Shown here in pieces: positions 56,984 through 64,000 of a stretch of 64,000 nt of DNA. The stretch spans positions 960,001 through 1,024,000 of the forward strand of contig CAWIIB010000001.1 in the NCBI GenBank assembly GCA_963836075.1, written 5' to 3'. The notes under the pieces are model-generated. The model was not told where the DNA came from. It did no database searches and saw only the letters and a program-made list of their open reading frames with translations. Positions within the stretch are counted from its first letter, which is position 1; the number at the start of each line of letters is the position of its first letter. Source of the DNA: an uncultured Acidobacteriota bacterium (GTDB lineage Bacteria; Acidobacteriota; JAQAZP01). A program made the translations under genes and the position numbers.

Positions 56984-57601
56984 TCAGAGCCCGGTCACGG
57001 AAGCGCTGCCGCCGAACCACTGGATGCCGTCCAGCGCGTTGAGGTCAGGATCGAGCAGCGAGTTGTTCTCGAACCCCATGGTGCTGTTGCCGTTGCCCGC
57101 GCCGTTGAAGGTCAGGGTCAGGGCCACGCCGGTGCCGCTCACCCCGCCCACATCGCCGAGGCGAGCCACCCCCACGATCAGCCGGCCGGCCGGGTTTTCG
57201 TCCACCAGCACGCTTATCGACTCCCCGTCCTGGTTGAAGAAAGTGCCCTCGGAAAACATCACATAGCTGAGCACGCTGGGATTGAAGGTCAGGTCGAAGG
57301 CCATGGAGGAGACGTTGTTCACCGACGTCAGCCGGATGTCAAGGTCGAGCCGGTTCCCCGTGGTGGCGTTGAGCTGCAGGCTCACCGTGTTGCTGCCCGG
57401 GTTGCCGTTGGCCGGGGTGAAGGTGATTTCGGGGTCCTGCGGCGGGGGCGGCGGCGGATCGGTGGGACTGCTGTCGCTGCTGCAGCCGGAAAGCCCGAAC
57501 AGGATCAGGGGCAGCAGAAGAGCGATAACCAGCCCCGGAAGCGCGAACCGGCCTGGAAAGCTTTTGCCAGCCCCGTTGCTGGCTGGTATCCTGACATGCA
57601 T
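56984..57601 (-). CDS. Lipoprotein with cohesin-like domain
   Basis: RBS ggaggt, lipobox LSGC, poly-Pro linker, FDLTFNPSVLSY..EGTFF..GVSGTG..LTF pattern. Confidence 0.75.
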   Translation of the reverse strand: MHVRIPASNGAGKSFPGRFALPGLVIALLLPLILFGLSGCSSDSSPTDPPPPPPQDPEITFTPANGNPGSNTVSLQLNATTGNRLDLDIRLTSVNNVSSMAFDLTFNPSVLSYVMFSEGTFFNQDGESISVLVDENPAGRLIVGVARLGDVGGVSGTGVALTLTFNGAGNGNSTMGFENNSLLDPDLNALDGIQWFGGSASVTGL

Positions 57602-57808
57602 CTGAGAAACACCTCCGTGAACCCGGTCCGCTGGCTCCTCGGGAAACGAGGAGTGAACCCGGACCTGAAACAGGTTGATTTTCGCCGGACGGACGTACGC
57701 TACCATATCGTGTACGTGCCGTAAACCCTGCCGGCGGCCCTGGGCCGGCACGCTAAGTATACCCGATCCGGTACCGGGCCGCCCCACCGGCCATCTGGAG
57801 GATTTGTA

Positions 57809-60193
57809 ATGCCGCATCAAAAATCAGCCTCAGCAAACCTCGGCCCCCGGCACTGCAGCCTCCCGGTTCTTCTGCTGGCCGTGGCACTCCTGCTCCCGCT
57901 CTGCTGCCCGCCGGCGGTTGCCGATGCCACACACGGCAAGACGGCGCGCCGCCGCAACACCGACTGCCAGATGCTGCTCACCGAAAAACGGCTGCTGGGC
58001 TGGGACGTGTCAAAGCCGCGGGCGAAGATACAGCAGGCGAGAACCATCGGCCTCGCCGGAGATCTGTCCCGGGCACTGGGCCTGCTGGAAGAAGCGGAGC
58101 GGGAGCTCCGTTTCATCGACAGCTGGCAGGGCAACCCGAAAGTGATCAGGATCAGGGGGGAAGAACGGCGGCCCAGCGGCAGGGCTGAAGATGGAGCGGA
58201 CACCGGGCTCACCACCGGGCCCCTGGGTCTCGGTTTTGACACCGCCGGCCGCCTGACCCGGGTGACACTTGGCGGTGAGGATCGCCAGTCCCCGGTGAGC
58301 GGCGGTTTCTACATCATGGACGCGGCCACCGGAAAGGTCGCACCGTTCAGCGGCCGGGTCACCCAGACCGGCGGGGGGGTGGATCTGAGCGGAACGATCC
58401 CCGCGGTAAGCGCCAACCTGGAGGCCGGTATCAAGAAGAAGGAAGGGTGGCTGGAAGTGGAAGGGACGCTGAAGGACACCAGCGGCGCCGACCGGGCCAT
58501 GGTCCTCTGCTTCAAGATCCCCCTGCGCCGCGAGGGGCTCCTCTGGTGGGACGATCCTGAACAGGGGATGACCATTCAAAACAAGCCCGTCATTCGGCAG
58601 AATTCAGCCCAGGTGACCCTTGACGACAAGTCCACCCGTCTGGTGTCCATCTATCCCCTGGCCTGCGCCGGCGACCAGCGGGCCGGACTGGCGCTGGCAA
58701 CCGCCATCGACCACCCCACGGCCTTCCGGATCAACTACGATGGCCAGGACCAGAGCATCAACCTCTACTACGACTTCGGGCTGACCTCAAAAACGGCGAA
58801 GTTTCCCGGCGAGGCGCGTTTCCGCTTTGTGATCTACCCGCTGGCGGAGCCGGCCTGGGGGTTTCGCTCTGCCCTCCACACCTACTACCGGATCTTTCCC
58901 GATGCTTTTGCCGACACGGTGAAAGACCCCGGGCTCTGGGGGACCGTGGAAGCCGCCGCCTTGCTGGGCGAGGAATACAAGAAAATGGGCTTCGGCTTCC
59001 TCCAGGGGGAGAACGGGCCCCCGAAGTGGGGCAAGAAACTCGGCCTCTACTCCCTCCGCTATGGCCGGCCCTGGTCGTTCCTGATTCCCGGCGCCACCGG
59101 GACGGCGGAGGGTCAACTGGCCGCACTGACCGCCGATCCGGCGAGACTGAACCCCAATCCCTCACACCGCCTGATCTTCGGGCAGGTGAGCGCTCGGGAA
59201 ATGGTGACCGGCGCCGAACTGTCGGCAATCCACGACCGCGCTGGAAAGCCGGTGAGCGTCACCGACCGCTCCCTGGGCGGGGCAAAGATCATCCTCAACC
59301 CCGATCCGGAGATCGAGGGCGGGCGGGGAGGCAAGAATGCCGCCTGGCTGACTCTGGCCAAGGCCATCTCGCCGGCGGTGGATACCTACAAATCCGCGGG
59401 CCAGCACCGCTGGGGAGTGTTCCTCGACGTGGCCGGCGCCTCGTTGAAACACGAAAACTTCCGCCAGGACCACATGGCCTGGGCCGACTACCCGCTGACC
59501 TTTGACGAGCGTGAGAAACGTCCGGTGATCCTCGGTCTCTCCTCGGCCTGCGAGTATCTGGTCCACCTCCGGGACTGGGCCGGCCGCCGGGGCGGGATGG
59601 TGGCGGTCAACACCTCACCCCACCCCTACAACATGATCTTCCTCGCCCCGTTCTGCGACATGGCCGGGACCGAGCACCTGCCCGGGAGGCGCGAAATGTA
59701 CAACCGGCGGGCCCTGGCCGGCGGGAAGCCGATCGGCTTCCGCACGAAGGAAAGCTGGGATGCGCTGCTGAAAACCGGCCTCTTTTTCGGTTGCTATCCC
59801 TCGCGGAATCCGCCGGGCGCGGTGCGGTCCAGGCTGGATCATCTGGATGGGGTCCGTCCGCAGTTGACCCGCCTGGTGCCGCTGATCAAGGACCTGGACA
59901 ACGCCGGCTGGCAGCCGGTGACCCGGGCCCGCACCGGCCACCGGGACCTGCCGGTGGAGCGCTTCGGAGACTTCGGTGATGGACCGGTCTACCTGACGGT
60001 CTGGAACCGGACCCCGTCGGCCACGGAGGTGGCGCTGAACCTGGATGAGACGGCCAGCCGGTGGTGCGGAGACACTCCGCGGGCATCCGAACTGGCCGGG
60101 GGGCTGAAGGTAGCCACCGCTGCAGGCGTCATCCGGCTCCAGCTGGGCGCGGACCAGGTGGCCGTGATCAAACTGGAGGCCGGAGGTGAATAG
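57809..60193 (+). CDS. Large secreted hypothetical protein (possible glycoside-hydrolase-like fold)
   Basis: RBS ggagg, signal peptide, beta-rich N-half, AWGFRSAL..YY..FP, GVFLD, GTE, AGWQPVT, C-terminal beta sandwich. Confidence 0.7.
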   Translation: MPHQKSASANLGPRHCSLPVLLLAVALLLPLCCPPAVADATHGKTARRRNTDCQMLLTEKRLLGWDVSKPRAKIQQARTIGLAGDLSRALGLLEEAERELRFIDSWQGNPKVIRIRGEERRPSGRAEDGADTGLTTGPLGLGFDTAGRLTRVTLGGEDRQSPVSGGFYIMDAATGKVAPFSGRVTQTGGGVDLSGTIPAVSANLEAGIKKKEGWLEVEGTLKDTSGADRAMVLCFKIPLRREGLLWWDDPEQGMTIQNKPVIRQNSAQVTLDDKSTRLVSIYPLACAGDQRAGLALATAIDHPTAFRINYDGQDQSINLYYDFGLTSKTAKFPGEARFRFVIYPLAEPAWGFRSALHTYYRIFPDAFADTVKDPGLWGTVEAAALLGEEYKKMGFGFLQGENGPPKWGKKLGLYSLRYGRPWSFLIPGATGTAEGQLAALTADPARLNPNPSHRLIFGQVSAREMVTGAELSAIHDRAGKPVSVTDRSLGGAKIILNPDPEIEGGRGGKNAAWLTLAKAISPAVDTYKSAGQHRWGVFLDVAGASLKHENFRQDHMAWADYPLTFDEREKRPVILGLSSACEYLVHLRDWAGRRGGMVAVNTSPHPYNMIFLAPFCDMAGTEHLPGRREMYNRRALAGGKPIGFRTKESWDALLKTGLFFGCYPSRNPPGAVRSRLDHLDGVRPQLTRLVPLIKDLDNAGWQPVTRARTGHRDLPVERFGDFGDGPVYLTVWNRTPSATEVALNLDETASRWCGDTPRASELAGGLKVATAAGVIRLQLGADQVAVIKLEAGGE

Positions 60194-60239
60194 GTCCGCA
60201 TGAACTTGTGAGAGGTCTTCCCGCGCGTGAGGGGACAGG

Positions 60240-61940
60240 TCAGTCCCCCTCCTGCAGCTGCGGCCGGCGCAGCTGCGCGCCGCCGGCGATGTAGAGCACG
60301 TCATCCCACCCGGCATGGCTCAGGATCCGCGCCGCCTCGTAGGAACGCAGGCCCTTGGCGCAGACAAGCAGCAGCGGCTTGCCGGCTGGCAGTTCATCCA
60401 GGCGTCCGCGCAGCTCGGTGAAGGGCAGGTGGACCGATTCGGAGAATCCCGGTGAGGCTGACTGCCGTTCCTCGTCCTCCCTGATGTCCACCACCAGCCG
60501 TCCTTCCAGGTCCGCCCCGTCTTCCGCCGTGTGCGGCGGGAGGAAGCCGACGCCGTCCTCCTCGCTGTTCAGCACCAGCGCTCCCAGCTGGTACAGCGGA
60601 TCGATAGCGGAGGCGTACGGCGGGGAGTAAGCGAATTCCAGGTCGAGGAGATCCCGCACCCCTCCCCCGTGCTGCAGCAGGCCGGCCATCACGTCCACCT
60701 CGCGGACCACCTCTCCCAGCCCCACCGCCTGCAGGCCGAGGAGGCGCAGACTCTCCCGCTCGTAGACCAGCTTGAGGTGAATCCCTTTTGAATCGGGATA
60801 GTAAGACGGCCGGTCCTCAAAGGAACCCCAGGCGGACCGGGCATCGATGCCCGCGGCCCGGGCGGCCGCCTCGGTGAGGCCGGTGGAGCAGGCGGTCATT
60901 TCAAAGACCTTGACCACCGCGCTGCCCGTCACCGGGGCCACCCGATCATCCCGCCCGGCAATGCGGTTGCCGATCAGCCGACCGTGCCGGTTGGCCAGCG
61001 ATCCCAGTGGAAGATAGACCGGCCGGCCGCTGAGGTGGTGCGTCAGCTCCACACAGTCTCCGGCAGCGTAAATGTCCGGCCGGCTGGCGGCCATCCCCCG
61101 GTCCACCACCAGGCCGCCGCAGGAGCCGGTTTCCAGCCCGGCGGCGGCAGCGAACTCCACCGCCGGCCGCACGCCCAGGGCGCAGACCGCCGCGTCGGCG
61201 GTGAGCGTCGACCCGGCAAGATCCACCCGTACCGTCTCACCTGTTTCCGACAGTTGCCGCACCGCACAGCCCAGTTTCAACTTCACACCGTTCTCCCGCA
61301 GGTGGGCGTGCACCGGGGCGGCCATCTCGGCGTCGAGCATCCTCGGCAGGACATGCGCCGCCGCTTCCACCAGCGTCACCTCCGCCCCCCACATGGATCC
61401 ATAGGCCTCGGCCGCCTCGCAGCCGATGAAGCCGCCGCCCACCACGATCACCGATCCCACCTGACCCTGCTCCAGCTGGCTGCGCATCCGGCGGACCTCG
61501 TCAATGCTGCGCAGGAAGTGCATCCGGTCCGATGCACCGTCGAATCCCGGCGGGGCGATCGGTTCGCTGCCGCTGGCCACCACCAGCGTGTCATAGGGAA
61601 AGTTCAGGTGTTCGCCGCTGGCGCGGTCCAGGCACCGCACCAGTTTCTCGTCCGGGTCGATGGCCTGCACCTCCACCCCGGTCCTCACTCGCAGCCCTTT
61701 GACGCCGGCGAAGAAATCCGCGTCGCGGAGGGAACCGTAGGGCGTCGATCTCAACTCCGCCGGGCTGCCCACATCCCCGGAGAGGAAGTAGGGCAGGCCA
61801 CAGGCGCTCACCGAAATGCGGTCGGTTTTGTCGAGAACGGTGATCTCCGCCCGGGGCAGCAGACGACCGGTCCGGGCGGCGGCCCGCAGGCCCGCGGCCG
61901 AGGCGCCGATGACCACAATACGCTGTTTCGCTGAACTCAT
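60240..61940 (-). CDS. FAD-dependent pyridine nucleotide-disulfide oxidoreductase with rhodanese domain (CoADR-RHD/Npsr-like)
   Basis: GASAAG, SVSACGLPY redox Cys, GGGFIG, AAGDC, YSPPY, C-terminal DIRE..CAKGLRS rhodanese loop. Confidence 0.9.
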   Translation of the reverse strand: MSSAKQRIVVIGASAAGLRAAARTGRLLPRAEITVLDKTDRISVSACGLPYFLSGDVGSPAELRSTPYGSLRDADFFAGVKGLRVRTGVEVQAIDPDEKLVRCLDRASGEHLNFPYDTLVVASGSEPIAPPGFDGASDRMHFLRSIDEVRRMRSQLEQGQVGSVIVVGGGFIGCEAAEAYGSMWGAEVTLVEAAAHVLPRMLDAEMAAPVHAHLRENGVKLKLGCAVRQLSETGETVRVDLAGSTLTADAAVCALGVRPAVEFAAAAGLETGSCGGLVVDRGMAASRPDIYAAGDCVELTHHLSGRPVYLPLGSLANRHGRLIGNRIAGRDDRVAPVTGSAVVKVFEMTACSTGLTEAAARAAGIDARSAWGSFEDRPSYYPDSKGIHLKLVYERESLRLLGLQAVGLGEVVREVDVMAGLLQHGGGVRDLLDLEFAYSPPYASAIDPLYQLGALVLNSEEDGVGFLPPHTAEDGADLEGRLVVDIREDEERQSASPGFSESVHLPFTELRGRLDELPAGKPLLLVCAKGLRSYEAARILSHAGWDDVLYIAGGAQLRRPQLQEGD

Positions 61941-61950
61941 GTCTTGCCTT

Positions 61951-62802
61951 TCACGTCCTGAGCTGCTCAGCCGCGGGTTCGGCCGGCTGGCAGGTGGGGC
62001 AGAAAAAGGTGCTGCGTCCCTGCTGCACCATTCGTTTTACCGGGGTCCGGCAACGCCGGCAGGGGTCATTTTCGTGTCCATAGACTTTGAGGAACCGCTG
62101 GAAGCCTCCGGTATCCCCTCGGGAGTCCTGGAAGTCGGAGAAGGTTGTCCCGCAGTGACGGATGGCCCGCTGGAGAATGGCGACGGTGGCGGCGTGCAGC
62201 CTGCGCAGTTCGGCGCCGTCCAGCGACCCGGCCGGTCGGGCCGGGTGAATACGGGCCCGGGCCAGGATCTCCGAGGCATAGATGTTTCCCAGGCCGGTGA
62301 GCCGGTCCTGCCGCAGGAGCCAGGGCTTGATTTCCTGCCGGCTGTGCTCCAGCAGCCCGCGGAGCAACCCACGGGTAAACCGCCGGCCGGTGGGGTCAAC
62401 GCCCGCCGGCTGCAGCTGCTCCTGCGTGCCGGCCAGCCGGATCACCCCGAACCGCCGCGGGTCGACGAAGTCGACCACACCGCCCTCGAGAACCAGCCGG
62501 GCCCGCAGATGCGGCTGGTCCTCCGGCCCCGGCCTGCCGGCACCGGGCTCCCAGAGCAGACGCCCGGTCATCCGCAGGTGCACGGAAAGCCAGAGCCGGG
62601 GACTGCACAGCGTCCGCCGCTCCAGTTCCAGCACCACCTGCTTGCCCAGTCGGAAAACACGGGACACACTGCTGCCGCGAACCCGGCCGGTGGGGAGCGT
62701 ACCCAGCAGGCTGTCCAGGATACGCAACGTGCGCACCGTCCGCCCGGAAATCAGCGGGTCCAGCTGACGGGCCACGGTTTCCACTTCTGGCAGTTCCGGC
62801 AT
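61951..62802 (-). CDS. mutM: Formamidopyrimidine-DNA glycosylase
   Basis: MPELPEVET, HLRMTG, DPRRFG, GLGNIYASE, CRRC..CPTCQ zinc finger. RBS ggagg. Confidence 0.96.
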   Translation of the reverse strand: MPELPEVETVARQLDPLISGRTVRTLRILDSLLGTLPTGRVRGSSVSRVFRLGKQVVLELERRTLCSPRLWLSVHLRMTGRLLWEPGAGRPGPEDQPHLRARLVLEGGVVDFVDPRRFGVIRLAGTQEQLQPAGVDPTGRRFTRGLLRGLLEHSRQEIKPWLLRQDRLTGLGNIYASEILARARIHPARPAGSLDGAELRRLHAATVAILQRAIRHCGTTFSDFQDSRGDTGGFQRFLKVYGHENDPCRRCRTPVKRMVQQGRSTFFCPTCQPAEPAAEQLRT

Positions 62803-63087
62803 CGGTCTCGACCTCCCGAGGAGTAAAAAAAGGATGATAATCCTCACCCCGCCAGATGTCCAGAATGGGCCTGATTTCCCCTTGCATTGTGGGTGAATCT
62901 GGCCTATTCTGTGCGCTTGCTCAACAACCGCTATCCGAGGCACCGGGTTCTCTGGGGCCAAGGATACGGACAAATTACGTAGTGGCAGTCACTTACAACC
63001 CGGCAACTATCCACGCCGGGCGGCGGGATCGGCCCGCCCGAAGCGTCCCCCGGGGGACGCCGGAAAGAACGCCTAGGGAGAGTTGAA

Positions 63088-64000
63088 ATGGCACGACGGA
63101 AGATTACCATCGACGGCAACGAAGCCACCGCATCCGTGGCCCACCGGATCAATGAGGTCATCGCCATCTACCCAATCACCCCCTCGTCCAACATGGGTGA
63201 GTGGGCCGACGAGTGGGCGGCCAAGGGGATGAAGAATATCTGGGGCAACGTACCCCAGGTGGTGGAAATGCAGTCCGAAGGCGGGGCCTCGGCAGCGGTG
63301 CACGGGTCGCTGCAGGCCGGCGCCCTGACCACCACCTTCACCGCGTCCCAGGGGCTGCTGCTGATGATCCCCACCATGTTCAAGATCGCCGGGGAGTTGA
63401 CTTCCACGGTCTTCCACATCTCGGCCCGGACCATCGCCACTCACGCGCTCTCCATCTTCGGCGACCACTCCGACGTTTACACCGTGCGCCAGACCGGCTG
63501 GGGCATGCTCTCCTCCGGCGGCGTCCAGGAAGCCCACGACATGGCGGCCATCGCCACCATGTGCTCCCTCGAATCGCGCATCCCGTTCCTCCACTTCTTC
63601 GACGGTTTCCGCACCTCCCACGAAGTGAGCAAAATCGAGGAGCTGACCGACGACGATCTGCGCTCACTGATGGACCCGGGAATGATCCGGATGCACAAGG
63701 AGCGGGCCCTCTCCCCGGAACGGCCGAAAGTCAGGGGCACCTCGCAGAACCCCGACGTCTTCTTCCAGGCCCGTGAAACCATCACCCCCTACTACCAAGC
63801 CTGCCCCGGCATCATGCAGGAGATGATGGACCGCTTCGCCGAGCTCACCGGCCGGCAGTACCAGCTGTTCGACTACGTGGGCCACCCCGATGCCGACCGG
63901 GTGGTGGTGGTCATGGGATCGGCCGCCGACACGGTGCACGAGACCGTGGAGTACCTCAACAACCAGGGCGAGAAACTGGGTGTGCTCAAGGTCCGGCTGT
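63088..64000 (+). CDS. nifJ: Pyruvate:ferredoxin/flavodoxin oxidoreductase (3'-truncated by window edge)
   Basis: Not in the ORF track because no stop is reached. Reads MARRKITIDGNEA..AIYPITPSS..EMQSEGGA..TTFTASQGLLLMIP..IFGDHSDV..FDGFRTSHE..QNPDVFFQARE. Confidence 0.95.
   Translation, partial: MARRKITIDGNEATASVAHRINEVIAIYPITPSSNMGEWADEWAAKGMKNIWGNVPQVVEMQSEGGASAAVHGSLQAGALTTTFTASQGLLLMIPTMFKIAGELTSTVFHISARTIATHALSIFGDHSDVYTVRQTGWGMLSSGGVQEAHDMAAIATMCSLESRIPFLHFFDGFRTSHEVSKIEELTDDDLRSLMDPGMIRMHKERALSPERPKVRGTSQNPDVFFQARETITPYYQACPGIMQEMMDRFAELTGRQYQLFDYVGHPDADRVVVVMGSAADTVHETVEYLNNQGEKLGVLKVRL

Noticed and set aside
62885-62930. Rex-like operator upstream of nifJ
   Set aside because: Only a partial match to TTGTGAA-N4-TTCACAA; too degenerate to call.
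63073-63939. Several short ORFs listed at the right end
   Set aside because: All overlap the open nifJ frame starting at 63088, which the track missed because it has no stop in the window.
1-64000. Selenoprotein genes in the window
   Set aside because: No in-frame TGA aligned with a catalytic Cys was seen. The redox enzymes here use Cys codons.

Overview
High-GC chromosomal window from a diderm, LPS-producing, probably anaerobic bacterium. It has waaA, lpxK, bamD, a NifJ-type pyruvate:ferredoxin oxidoreductase and tRNA-Sec. The Hfq-like variant and the fmt-rsmB-PASTA-rpe-bamD order suggest Acidobacteriota (inference). Most of the window is housekeeping: purB, alpha2-type GlyRS, archaeal/eukaryote-type ProRS, holB, mutM, a heterodimeric ABC exporter, a YhaO/YhaN-like nuclease-ATPase pair and an HADH + SCP2-type thiolase pair. 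Accessory content is (i) two convergent secreted FG-GAP proteins between tRNA-Ala(GGC) and a degenerate copy of its 3' end (an integrase-less island remnant) and (ii) an amino-sugar/GT-C cluster abutting tRNA-Sec. Best leads: a ~120-aa C-terminal domain shared by two otherwise unrelated secreted proteins 30 kb apart (candidate lineage-specific sorting/anchoring tag); an unannotated GGA-rich ~180-nt sRNA candidate upstream of proS; a perfect 27-bp-arm palindrome; an interrupted bamD signal peptide; two sigma54 promoters with IHF-like sites; long leaders before hfq and a secreted protein. No CRISPR array, rRNA, transposase or integrase was seen. All family calls are from motif recognition by eye, not database searches.
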